DNA from: a virus
Taxonomy: Duplodnaviria > Caudoviricetes
Virus record (IMG/VR): IMGVR_UViG_3300030330_002330
Span: 1-46,827 of that record
Direction: 5' to 3' (one strand)
Length of the DNA: 46,827 bases
Shown: piece by piece, positions 8,694 to 18,014 of the stretch
How positions within the stretch are numbered: the first letter of the stretch is position 1
How the letters are laid out: every line of letters starts with the position of its first letter
Notes under the pieces: model-generated
What the model was told of the DNA's origin: nothing
Databases searched by the model: none
Seen by the model: the letters and a program-made list of their open reading frames with translations, nothing else
Made by a program: the position numbers and the translations under genes

Positions 8694-9836
8694 TTATATA
8701 TCAGATAAAGTTATTTCTAATCCTTCTATATTATATCTTAAACTATTGTAATCCCACAAACCATACCCATAAGCATCTGCTTTATCATTACATTTACAAT
8801 CATCAACATAATGTGACATAACTGCATTTTTTAATTCATCATCAATTGTTTTAAAATTAGCTATTGCCATATCTTGAGCTAAATTCCAGAATGGAGTATT
8901 GTATTTACTACCTTTAAGGTAATGCATTACTATAGTTGTTTCTACTTCTTTAATGTGTCTAACAATACTTTCATTAATTTGTTCTACATTTGTATCATAT
9001 ATTAAATAGTCTGTAAGATGTCTATTAATATTTTCAGTAACTGTTAAAGCTGTACCTTCCATAGGTTCTAAAAAGAATCCATTTAATCCATTGTGTAATA
9101 CTCTTCCATTAAACATTTCTTCTCTGTAATAACTATCAAACTCTATTACTTTGCCTTGTATATCTAGTGTATCTATGTCTTTGTTGTATAAATGACCATG
9201 AGAAATTCTATCTAACAAAGGTATCTGCCACTTCCAACCATAAGGCATAGCTGTATGATGAGTATAATAATCATTACTAATAGTATTTTCAGAAGTTATA
9301 ACTGCAGCATTAACAGGTACATACGGAGTATAAGTTATATTTTCTTTATCTTTAGGAAAGCCACTGCAATCAATAACATAATCAGCATTTATATCATTGT
9401 AATTTGTAACTTTTTTTTCAGTTATCTTAACGCCTCTTTGTTCTAATATCTTTAATAACTCTTTAGTAAACAAATGACTATCAATATGTAGTGATGTTAT
9501 ATTAGTAGGAAATGGATGTATAAAATTTTTATTACCAAAGTCATTATATTTGATACCAAACTTAGGAGTAAAGCCAAGCTTATTAGCATAACTCATATCA
9601 ATACCTATACCCCACAACTGAGCAGGCACAGCAGCATTAACACTTTCACCAATATCTAATAAATGATTAGTATCAGGGTCATATATAATTTCTAAATTAA
9701 CATTATATGAATCATAAAATCTAAGAAAGTGTACAGCTGTTAATAAACCTGCAGTACCTTTACCAATAATAGAAATTTTAGTTGTTTTATTTATAGAATT
9801 AATTAACGGATTTCGATACTCCACATCTAAGGTCAT
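8694..9836 (-). CDS. tryptophan-halogenase-family flavin-dependent enzyme
   Basis: GxGxxG (GKGTAG), IGES, catalytic-Lys context (TPKFGIKY), IDCSGF, WxWxIP (WKWQIP), FLEPMEGT. Confidence 0.85.
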   Translation of the reverse strand: MTLDVEYRNPLINSINKTTKISIIGKGTAGLLTAVHFLRFYDSYNVNLEIIYDPDTNHLLDIGESVNAAVPAQLWGIGIDMSYANKLGFTPKFGIKYNDFGNKNFIHPFPTNITSLHIDSHLFTKELLKILEQRGVKITEKKVTNYNDINADYVIDCSGFPKDKENITYTPYVPVNAAVITSENTISNDYYTHHTAMPYGWKWQIPLLDRISHGHLYNKDIDTLDIQGKVIEFDSYYREEMFNGRVLHNGLNGFFLEPMEGTALTVTENINRHLTDYLIYDTNVEQINESIVRHIKEVETTIVMHYLKGSKYNTPFWNLAQDMAIANFKTIDDELKNAVMSHYVDDCKCNDKADAYGYGLWDYNSLRYNIEGLEITLSDI

Positions 9837-9845
9837 AATACTAGT

Positions 9846-10421
9846 TTAGTAGTTATCTACAGTAATATAAGGGTTTTCTACTGGTGCAGCAGCATTATCT
9901 AAATCTGTTTGAAATGCAGCAGCATCTTCTCTTGTATCAAAATATTTTTTTGCAGTATGTGCATTTACATTGTAAGGAATTGTTAATGTTTTATCTATTG
10001 TAGATATTTCATTATCTTCATTCTTTGCAGCAATAACACTATTAAGATAAGTTTTTTCTGTTTGTACTTGTTCCCATGTAGGTTTATCTATTCCATATAC
10101 GCTACAATCACCAAAAGTACCTTCTACTAATCCTTCAACATTAGTTAAAACATAACCACCATTTCTTACACAATAAGTAGCAAATGCTTGTTCATTATTA
10201 GGGTCATCACTATATGGCAACCATACTTGAGTATCTGAACCTATATCATCAGGATGCGTAGGTACAGAACAAGTTATTATATTATTATAAGAAAAAGCAT
10301 TAGCTTCAAATTCCCATAAAGGTTGCGGTATAATTTCATTTACACTTGTATCTGCTTCTGTTAATTGAGCAGCAGCATAATTTCTATGTTCTTCATTATT
10401 TATATCATAAATTAATTTCAT
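9846..10421 (-). CDS. hypothetical protein (possible tail fibre chaperone/accessory)
   Basis: 191-aa ORF, ATGA-coupled downstream of the Gly-rich fibre gene. Confidence 0.6.
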   Translation of the reverse strand: MKLIYDINNEEHRNYAAAQLTEADTSVNEIIPQPLWEFEANAFSYNNIITCSVPTHPDDIGSDTQVWLPYSDDPNNEQAFATYCVRNGGYVLTNVEGLVEGTFGDCSVYGIDKPTWEQVQTEKTYLNSVIAAKNEDNEISTIDKTLTIPYNVNAHTAKKYFDTREDAAAFQTDLDNAAAPVENPYITVDNY

Positions 10422-11578
10422 CTTAAATATCCTCCTGCAGCGAGTAATCCACCGCTACCTCCAGCTCTACCATAACAACTTGAGCAAGCACTTCCTGCAC
10501 CTGATTGAGCACCACCAGCTGATGTTACAGTACCACTATTAGAATAAGTACCTCCACATATAGCTACTAAAATACCTCCGCCAGAAGAACCACCACCACC
10601 AGAGTCACAGTTACCTCCACAAGCTGGTAAGTCTCCAGTTGAACCTTGTCGTCCACTAGTTGAAATAGTTGCACCAGAAGCTACTGTAAGATTTCCTGAT
10701 GCATATATAACAAGTAATCCACCAGTACCATCTTGTCCAGCATAACCATTAGAACTAGAACTTTGATAACCTGTACCTGCAGAACCACCAGGGTTTCCTG
10801 TTCCACCAGAACCACCTGCTGATTGTGACCAGTTAGCATTATGTCCATTACCACCTGCTCCACCAGCATTACCTAAAGTTCCTGCAGCACCTCCACTAGA
10901 ACCACAACCATAGTTAGACCTTCCATGTCCTCCACCACCAGAACCTCCTGTAAAGCTAGAACCACTTGCTCCTGAACCACCAGATGTACAACCATTACCA
11001 CCTGCTCCACCACCACCAGCAGTTAAACCAGTTGTAGTATTACTACCATCAACACCTGTATTACCACTAGCACCACCTGCAGCAGAACCTGCAGTTGCTA
11101 TTGTTGTAGTTCCTGCTGTTCTATATATTCCTGCACCATCATTAATTTGTACAGCTTGTTCCGCTTGACCATCAGCACCTCTATTAACCATTGATATAGT
11201 GCCATTAACAGTTAAATTACCATCAACAAAAAGATATAATCCTCTTTTTCTAGCAGATACAGAAAGAGTTTGACTTGCATTTACAGTTAAGTTACCTTCA
11301 TATCTAACTGCTGTTCCAAGACTATCTGCAGTACCTGAACCTACATTTGTATCACCTGATATTGTAGTATCACCTTCTACTTTTAAACCTTCCATAGCTA
11401 GTGTTACGCCATTAACATTAAAGCCACCAGATACAGTTGCATTAGAAGTACCGAATTCATAATTTTTTATATGCCATAATAAATCAGCAGATGTTGCTGC
11501 ACCTAAATAAGGTGGAAGACCAGCACCTCCTCCTCCAAATCCTAAGTTTTGATAACCAAATGATGTAGGTCCTACCAT
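10418..11578 (-). CDS. glycine-rich tail fibre / receptor-binding protein
   Basis: N-terminal SFGYQNLGFGGG, beta-rich GNLTVN repeats and long GGxGG tracts, located in the tail module. Confidence 0.7.
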   Translation of the reverse strand: MVGPTSFGYQNLGFGGGGAGLPPYLGAATSADLLWHIKNYEFGTSNATVSGGFNVNGVTLAMEGLKVEGDTTISGDTNVGSGTADSLGTAVRYEGNLTVNASQTLSVSARKRGLYLFVDGNLTVNGTISMVNRGADGQAEQAVQINDGAGIYRTAGTTTIATAGSAAGGASGNTGVDGSNTTTGLTAGGGGAGGNGCTSGGSGASGSSFTGGSGGGGHGRSNYGCGSSGGAAGTLGNAGGAGGNGHNANWSQSAGGSGGTGNPGGSAGTGYQSSSSNGYAGQDGTGGLLVIYASGNLTVASGATISTSGRQGSTGDLPACGGNCDSGGGGSSGGGILVAICGGTYSNSGTVTSAGGAQSGAGSACSSCYGRAGGSGGLLAAGGYLR

Positions 11579-11581
11579 GGC

Positions 11582-12598
11582 TTACGCCTCGTGGACATCA
11601 TCTACTGTATAGAATATCTTAATTCCTATAAGTTTTGCATCTTCTGCCATGTCGTCATTTGATTCGTCATGGTCTCTTGCAATATCGAAATATACTAATT
11701 CACCAGCTGCTGGAGAACCTGCTACTGTTACAGCTGCACTTTCTCCTGTAATATATAAATCTTTAGCAGCACTTATAGCATCATCAGTAACTTGTATAGC
11801 TGTACCAAATGCTGTATCTAATGAATCACTATCAGCTAAAGCTACAGCTTTTAATGCCCAAGAAACACCATCTGTATCTGTTGCTTCAGACGTCCAATAA
11901 ACTTTAAATGTAATTGTACCTTCGTTCCAGTATGAAGGAAAAGCTATTGAAAACTGTGCATGTTCTGTTGCACTAGCATCAAAATCTAATGTATAAAGGT
12001 CAGGACCTGTGTTACTACCTGAGTCTAATCCTGCAATTCCAGCACATCCATCTGTTTGTGTTGGATACATAGCTGCAGCAGGTACCCATATTGATTGTTT
12101 ACCTATTGCATCATTAGTAAATGTTAAATCATAAGGGTCTCCATCAGTTCCGTTTGATGTGTTTGTCCAGTTTGTTGTAATACCTGAACCAATAAACTTA
12201 ACTTCTCTTGCTGTATAAACTCCTGATGCAACAGCAGGGTTAATTGTAACCTCTGTACCATCATCATCTTCTAATACAAAACCTTGTTGAATAGCATCGT
12301 GTGCTTCTTCTATATGTTGTTTAACTACAGCTAATCTTACTTTTGTTCCATCAGCATGTTCTGGGTCTGTTCCATGTTTAGCATCAACATCTCTAGTTAC
12401 AGACATAGAACCAAAAGCACCTGAAGTCCAAAGAACAACTTCTCTTTTACTGTCGTCATCAGGGTCAAATACTAAATAAACAGGTGCTGCTACACCTGGA
12501 TTATCTGTTAAAGCAATACCACTATTAGCTCCTGATGCAATTGCACCATCTAAAGTAGTTTCAAAAGCGTTTACTAAATTAGTTTCTCTTGCTGTCAT
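11582..12598 (-). CDS. tail fibre/spike protein
   Basis: N-terminal tail-anchor-like segment (N.FETTL...I...VTR..D....H..GTKV) followed by beta-rich domains. Confidence 0.65.
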   Translation of the reverse strand: MTARETNLVNAFETTLDGAIASGANSGIALTDNPGVAAPVYLVFDPDDDSKREVVLWTSGAFGSMSVTRDVDAKHGTDPEHADGTKVRLAVVKQHIEEAHDAIQQGFVLEDDDGTEVTINPAVASGVYTAREVKFIGSGITTNWTNTSNGTDGDPYDLTFTNDAIGKQSIWVPAAAMYPTQTDGCAGIAGLDSGSNTGPDLYTLDFDASATEHAQFSIAFPSYWNEGTITFKVYWTSEATDTDGVSWALKAVALADSDSLDTAFGTAIQVTDDAISAAKDLYITGESAAVTVAGSPAAGELVYFDIARDHDESNDDMAEDAKLIGIKIFYTVDDVHEA

Positions 12599-12606
12599 AT
12601 GTTTCT

Positions 12607-12612
12607 ATTATA
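12607..12612 (-). promoter_or_regulatory. -10 box (TATAAT) for a near-leaderless transcript
   Basis: GGTATAAT 8 nt upstream of ATG 12598, with no SD. Confidence 0.5.
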
Positions 12613-12618
12613 CCTTAC

Positions 12619-14547
12619 CTATCCGAATCTCATAATACCATATGCATTTATTCCTGGTGCATTACCTGAAGTTAATGTAGCATAAACTTCTTGTCTTGTC
12701 CCACGAATTGTAATTATAGCATATCTTGTTACACTACCAAAGTTTGGATTACTTTGTATAGGGTATTGTATTTTTTCTACAACTCCTCTTATTATTTCTT
12801 GAGGGTCATAAATTTCTAATGTTACTGGTGTACCTTCTTTATCTTTTAATGATTGATAAATTGTTTCACCTAAATTTGGTACAGTTATAGGTTTTCTAAA
12901 TGGTCTTTCAACTCTATCAGAAATGTTTACAGGTATTTGTACCATTACAAGTTCCGGTCTTGCTAATGCACGATATTGAATAGAGTTAACTTCTGGTGCA
13001 GTATTAGTACCTGCTGAATTTAAAACAACTTTTATTGAACCATATCTAGATATTTTATCTACTTGAGCTGATACAGTTCCACTTCCTGATTGTAAATTAA
13101 GTACTCTATCCCAACTTGAATGAGTTGATGATGTTATAGCTTTTATATCATCTGATACATGTAATTCTACTGTATGTCCTGCTGATATATTTTGTGTTTC
13201 AATTTGAGCTTCAACCCATTGTTTTTTCTCAGCAGTAAAGAAATCTGCATTAGCTGTTATAAGATAACCTTGTTGTTCATAATTAGATGTTTCTTGATAT
13301 ACACCACTACCTTGAACACTAGCTAAAAACTTTTCATTTATTGAATTAATACATTTAACAACATTACCTGCACCAAGTTTTAAATCTCTGGCTATACCTG
13401 CAGTAGGAAGATAATATCTCCATAAATAAGAATTATCAGCCGTTTCTTTTATACCTGTATAGACAGAGTCTCTTGTTGAATATAATCTGTAAGGACTAGC
13501 ATCAATAGAATCTATATTCCATTCTTTAATTAACTGTTGATTACCAAGAACATAAAGGTCATTAGCTACTGTTAAATCAGCACTATATAATCTACCTATA
13601 ACTTTACTTCCAGTTTGTGTAACTTTTGTACCATAAAATACTTGTCCTTGTGTTTCAGTAATACAAGTAGCTACTTCACCTTTTAGTTCTGTAGTACCTG
13701 CAGCAGCAAATGTTCCAGAACTATCTTTAATAGAATATATTCTTCCATCACTTGCAACAGCTAAAATAACTGCACCAGCATCTACAACATCAGTCCAACT
13801 TTGTCCTGAAGGTAATGTTTCTATAGCAGAACCTACTGTTGTATTTCCATCATATTGATGTAATGTTGTACCAGTAGATACAAGCATTAACCCTTTAACA
13901 GACCAAATACCATCATAAATAGCTGCTGACATTTTTTGTGTAGATGTACCACCACTAGTTAAATTTTCTATTTCTCCAGCTGAACCATTATTAGCTACTA
14001 TATATAGTAGGTCACCATGTGCAGCTAAACCTTTAATGTTATATCCTGCAGTTAAACCTTCTGTTACAGTACTCCAAGTATCACCACCATCATCAGATTT
14101 ATACAATACTTCATCATCAGATACATAAATTCTAGTACCAACAATAGCCATATGATTATCACCATCAGATGATGACAAAGCTTGTTCTAGCTCTGTTTGA
14201 AATAACATTTTTAAACTATATGGCGTACCCTTATTTTGTGTAAAAACATCAACACCAGAACTATCCCAAAATCTAGTAACATCTCCTTCAGCCATACCTC
14301 TTTTATGGGCCATATCCAAATTGCTGCCACCAGAAAAATTATTCCTAGAATATATTCGTCCAATGTTTTTAGTAAAGTCCTCTGCGTTTTGATTAACATT
14401 AATATCTTGTCCTTCCACATCTGATGATTGTATTTGCATTTGAACCTCAGATGATATAGCAGCTCTATACAAATGATTATCTATACGAAAATCATAACCT
14501 TTTCTTTTAGGATTAGAAACTTCTGCTTGTGTTGCTGGCCTAGGCAT
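12619..14547 (-). CDS. tail nozzle / tubular-B-like protein (beta-propeller)
   Basis: 642 aa, beta-rich with an Asp-box (YKSDDGGDTW); follows the adaptor gene as in podovirus-like tails. Confidence 0.6.
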   Translation of the reverse strand: MPRPATQAEVSNPKRKGYDFRIDNHLYRAAISSEVQMQIQSSDVEGQDINVNQNAEDFTKNIGRIYSRNNFSGGSNLDMAHKRGMAEGDVTRFWDSSGVDVFTQNKGTPYSLKMLFQTELEQALSSSDGDNHMAIVGTRIYVSDDEVLYKSDDGGDTWSTVTEGLTAGYNIKGLAAHGDLLYIVANNGSAGEIENLTSGGTSTQKMSAAIYDGIWSVKGLMLVSTGTTLHQYDGNTTVGSAIETLPSGQSWTDVVDAGAVILAVASDGRIYSIKDSSGTFAAAGTTELKGEVATCITETQGQVFYGTKVTQTGSKVIGRLYSADLTVANDLYVLGNQQLIKEWNIDSIDASPYRLYSTRDSVYTGIKETADNSYLWRYYLPTAGIARDLKLGAGNVVKCINSINEKFLASVQGSGVYQETSNYEQQGYLITANADFFTAEKKQWVEAQIETQNISAGHTVELHVSDDIKAITSSTHSSWDRVLNLQSGSGTVSAQVDKISRYGSIKVVLNSAGTNTAPEVNSIQYRALARPELVMVQIPVNISDRVERPFRKPITVPNLGETIYQSLKDKEGTPVTLEIYDPQEIIRGVVEKIQYPIQSNPNFGSVTRYAIITIRGTRQEVYATLTSGNAPGINAYGIMRFG

Positions 14548-15551
14548 TAGCTTGGGTAAGTTATTTGGTTAAGAGCTACTGGCTCAGGATACCTAGCTTT
14601 CAAATCTTTTTTAGCCTGGTCAATTAATGTTGCTTGGTAGGATAATAATCCATTTCTAATATTGGATGATGCACCTACAGGATATGTAGAAACAGCTAAT
14701 TGGTCAGTTATAAAATCACTTGTAGCAGCAGGTATATCACGACCAGATAACATTTGTGCAGCAGCACCAGCCATAATAATTGGTTCATATTCATCTTCAA
14801 GTCCTATTGTTGCTAATGTATCAGATTCTGCTGTAGGGTCTATAAATTTCTTTTTAAATGTTACATAAACTGTATGACCAGAAGCTATACCTGCAAACTG
14901 TAATGCATGTACAACACTTGGTCCTGTAGTATAAGTTATTGTTCTTTCTGTTCCTGTACTATCAGTATATGTAAAAGGATTAGGTAAATCTATTAATTCA
15001 ACAGCAACACCTTTAAAAGTTAAACCTGTTTGGTCTGAACCTGCAGACCAGTCTGTATATTGAGATATAGCTTTTATAGGGGTCACTAAATAATTGTTTG
15101 TACCTGGAGAATCATATGAACCTAATAATGTATAACCAGTACCACTAGTAGTTTCTACTGTTTCTACTGCATATAAAGTTGGATATAAGTTTTTTATTTG
15201 GTCACATACTGCATCAAATACTGCTTTACGTGTAAAGGCAGGTGCTATTTTAATTAAATCTCCAGCTGTATGTTCAGCAGCAGTTGTACCTCTAGCTCCT
15301 CTTACAACAGTTATATTGTTATTAATTGTATCAATTTCAGTACAGTACATAAGTTCATGATTAATTTCTATTAAAGTTCCTGCATCTAAAACATCTTCTT
15401 CTTCTGATGTCAGTAAATTATTATTAAAAGATACTGTAGTAACTGAAGCATTAATACCAGTATTAAGTGCAGTATATGAATTTAAATCATCAGCAGGTTC
15501 TAGATACTCTCTAAATACTCTATCAACTAATCCGCCTATATTTGAACTCAT
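14547..15551 (-). CDS. head-tail adaptor / tubular-A-like protein
   Basis: Position after the capsid genes; helical termini with an inserted VRGARGTTAAEH domain. Confidence 0.55.
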   Translation of the reverse strand: MSSNIGGLVDRVFREYLEPADDLNSYTALNTGINASVTTVSFNNNLLTSEEEDVLDAGTLIEINHELMYCTEIDTINNNITVVRGARGTTAAEHTAGDLIKIAPAFTRKAVFDAVCDQIKNLYPTLYAVETVETTSGTGYTLLGSYDSPGTNNYLVTPIKAISQYTDWSAGSDQTGLTFKGVAVELIDLPNPFTYTDSTGTERTITYTTGPSVVHALQFAGIASGHTVYVTFKKKFIDPTAESDTLATIGLEDEYEPIIMAGAAAQMLSGRDIPAATSDFITDQLAVSTYPVGASSNIRNGLLSYQATLIDQAKKDLKARYPEPVALNQITYPS

Positions 15552-15742
15552 TATGCAGCACCTTCTTCAACTAATTCTCCAGCAAATATAGCTTGACCAA
15601 ACGCACCTAATCCATAGAATCCATCATTAGCATTGTCATTAGGGTCAACAATAGGTGATGAAGGTTCTACAGGAGTTTGAGGTGTAGCTATAGTTTCTAT
15701 ACCTAAAGTTCTACCCTCTCGTAACATTAAGAGCATACTCAT
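15551..15742 (-). CDS. small hypothetical structural protein
   Basis: SD GGAG, TAATG coupling. Confidence 0.6.
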   Translation of the reverse strand: MSMLLMLREGRTLGIETIATPQTPVEPSSPIVDPNDNANDGFYGLGAFGQAIFAGELVEEGAA

Positions 15743-15750
15743 TGTTGCTC

Positions 15751-16080
15751 CTAACTACTTCTTAATAAAACTTTTATTTCTGAGCTAGTATCTTCAGTAG
15801 AGCCAGATATTATTTGTAAATATCCTCCGGATGCAAAAGCCCAACCACTAGGGTCAACTCTTGTTACATCATCAGCAGCAACTGTATAACTTACTGTTGT
15901 ACCATCTGTTTCTTTTACATCTTTCCAAGCAGCTCCATCAGCAGACCATTTAAAAGATATACTTGTTCCGTTCCAATCAGAACCAGGTAAGAAACCACAT
16001 ACTAATTTACTATGTAAATCTATTGCAGGTGATGTTGTACTACTACCTGTGTACTTAACATTTTGTATTTTATTTGCCAT
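15751..16080 (-). CDS. small beta-rich virion protein (possible capsid decoration)
   Basis: 109 aa directly after the major capsid gene. Confidence 0.6.
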   Translation of the reverse strand: MANKIQNVKYTGSSTTSPAIDLHSKLVCGFLPGSDWNGTSISFKWSADGAAWKDVKETDGTTVSYTVAADDVTRVDPSGWAFASGGYLQIISGSTEDTSSEIKVLLRSS

Positions 16081-16112
16081 AAAATCTTTCTTTTAATCCT
16101 TATCATCTTAGC

Positions 16113-16143
16113 AGAACAATGGGAGCTGGTGGAGCAACTCCCA
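16113..16143 (-). terminator. putative intrinsic terminator after the major capsid gene
   Basis: TGGGAGTTG-ctccac-CAGCTCCCA hairpin followed by TTGTTCT. Confidence 0.55.
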
Positions 16144-16158
16144 AAGTTCTGTTTAATT

Positions 16159-17298
16159 TTATTCTTGTACGACGTTGTGGATAACGCAGTGATAACCTGG
16201 AGGACCGAAATCAATTCCCATCTCCATGTAAACTGCTTTACCAACTCTAGCGTAATCGTCTTGGTCTAAGTCTCTTACGAACACAGTACCAAATCCTGGG
16301 ATGTTGGTAAACACTGGTTGTATGAAAGCAAAGTCAAGCAAGAAAGCTGCACCCTTAGAGTTAGGCATTATGTTAGGGTCGATAACCATCAATCCAATAG
16401 CTCCAAAAGGAGTAACGATTGTATCGATATCAACACCTGCAATATTTCTATCTCTTGGTAGGATAGCTGCATTCATTGCTGTTGCAGGACTTGTGGCTTC
16501 TACTAACTCTTTGTTAAGAGATAGAAGTTGACCTGGAGTTACAACAAGAACAGGTTGAATCATTGGTGCCTGAGCATCATACATTCTCTTCATGACTCCA
16601 GCGACAGTATCCCATGTCATCTTTTGTCTTGTTCCTGTGTCATCTCCATCAGTGTCGTTGTAATATGCATTACCTCCATTTGCAACAGAAGCTGCAGTGT
16701 TGCTAGCATTCTTGTTTAATTGTAGGTATTCATATAAACCACGCATTTCTCTAGTTCCACTACCAGGGGTTGTGTTAGCACCATCAGCAAATGTACCGTT
16801 GAATGCAAACCACTCAACTTCTCTTGCTAATTTTTCAAGAGCTAATGTTAATTGCTCTGAGAACTCATCAACAATTGGGTTACCACCAGCTAATGATAAT
16901 TTATCAGCTGCTGTAACTGTTCCATCACCATCTGAAGAGTTAATAATATTTGCACTCAAATCAAATGGATTTTGATGTTGAAAAGTTGCCATAGCAGTAT
17001 AAGACATCTTTACACCTTTATGGAAAACTTGAGTAACGCCTGTAAATGCAACTCTGTCTCTTCCTAAATATTCTGTAGGTTGAGCACCTTCTTGAGCTTT
17101 TGTAGGTTCAGAAGATATTGTTGCACTATCAGCTACTTGAATTTGCCAAAAAGTGGATTGAAGTACTTTACCGCCATTTAAACCACCTATTGCGGAAAGG
17201 AATGGAGTCCTTTGACCACCAACACGAAATAACTCACCAGTAAAATTATTAATATTCTGGGAGTAAATTGTATTATTTGTCAGCGAAATAGCTGCCAT
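16159..17298 (-). CDS. major capsid protein (SU10/DUF5309-like, HK97 fold)
   Basis: TPFLSAIG...EG....R....TQVF...V.MS...E....E...FNG...R.MRGL pattern; strong SD GGAGGTG; follows a scaffold-like gene. Confidence 0.85.
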   Translation of the reverse strand: MAAISLTNNTIYSQNINNFTGELFRVGGQRTPFLSAIGGLNGGKVLQSTFWQIQVADSATISSEPTKAQEGAQPTEYLGRDRVAFTGVTQVFHKGVKMSYTAMATFQHQNPFDLSANIINSSDGDGTVTAADKLSLAGGNPIVDEFSEQLTLALEKLAREVEWFAFNGTFADGANTTPGSGTREMRGLYEYLQLNKNASNTAASVANGGNAYYNDTDGDDTGTRQKMTWDTVAGVMKRMYDAQAPMIQPVLVVTPGQLLSLNKELVEATSPATAMNAAILPRDRNIAGVDIDTIVTPFGAIGLMVIDPNIMPNSKGAAFLLDFAFIQPVFTNIPGFGTVFVRDLDQDDYARVGKAVYMEMGIDFGPPGYHCVIHNVVQE

Positions 17299-17337
17299 TT
17301 TAACACCTCCGTATTTAGTTGTTTAGCTTGTACTTAA

Positions 17338-17811
17338 TTATTGCGAGTTATTCTTTTCATCTTCCATCAGAGTAAGTTTTGCACGGATAGAATCTTTAGG
17401 ACTACCCTTTGCAATGATATTCTGTAGTTCTTCAAGAACATCTCTTGGCACGTCACTTGCGGAATTTGCATCAAGTGCTGCAACTCTAGCTCTAGCATCG
17501 TCTTGTACAGGTTGTTCCTCAACAGGGGGTGTGACTTCCTCTTGGGCCACATTACCTGCAGAATAACCATACTCAGCTTCTGCAAATGCGGAGACTGCTT
17601 CTAAATTAGCTTCCCCGTCATACACTTGTTTTAGGGCTTTACCAAAACCTTTTGATGTATCAAGACCTAATTGATTGAATATTCCATCCATTTTTTCAGC
17701 CTTAAGAGCTTCTAATTCCGCTTTTAATTTAGCGTTTTCATCACTCTTTCTATCAATGGTTTCACGCATTGCCTTTGCTCCAGTACTATCTGGTGCATCA
17801 AATTCGTTCAT
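17338..17811 (-). CDS. capsid scaffolding protein
   Basis: Acidic coiled-coil protein upstream of the capsid gene; SD GAGGAGGT before ATG 17811. Confidence 0.7.
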   Translation of the reverse strand: MNEFDAPDSTGAKAMRETIDRKSDENAKLKAELEALKAEKMDGIFNQLGLDTSKGFGKALKQVYDGEANLEAVSAFAEAEYGYSAGNVAQEEVTPPVEEQPVQDDARARVAALDANSASDVPRDVLEELQNIIAKGSPKDSIRAKLTLMEDEKNNSQ

Positions 17812-17829
17812 TTCGTACCTCCTCACAGT

Positions 17830-18005
17830 TTTAACCTATCAGACTAAGCCTGTGGAACCTAGCCGTGGTGCTACCCTTCACACTTGACTTTCGGGCTGGG
17901 TAACTAATTCCCTAAGTCCTTACTCTGCGGTTTCTATACAAGCTTTCTACGCAGGCTCTGAAAGCTGATTGCAGGTCTATTTAGCGGACCACGCAACGCT
18001 AAACC
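17830..18005 (-). ncRNA. structured ~175-nt leader/ncRNA upstream of the scaffold and capsid genes
   Basis: GC-rich intergenic region with several hairpins and two loop-distal complementarities; starts just after TATAAT (18007-18012). Confidence 0.55.
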
Positions 18006-18014
18006 TATTATACA

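Noticed and set aside
10440-11110. ACC/TCC-rich periodic sequence
   Set aside because: Period-3 Gly codons of the tail fibre gene on the minus strand.
17831-17875. Possible fourth pentamer array on the minus strand (scattered GGT/GGC)
   Set aside because: The phase breaks repeatedly; it is better explained as part of the structured leader.
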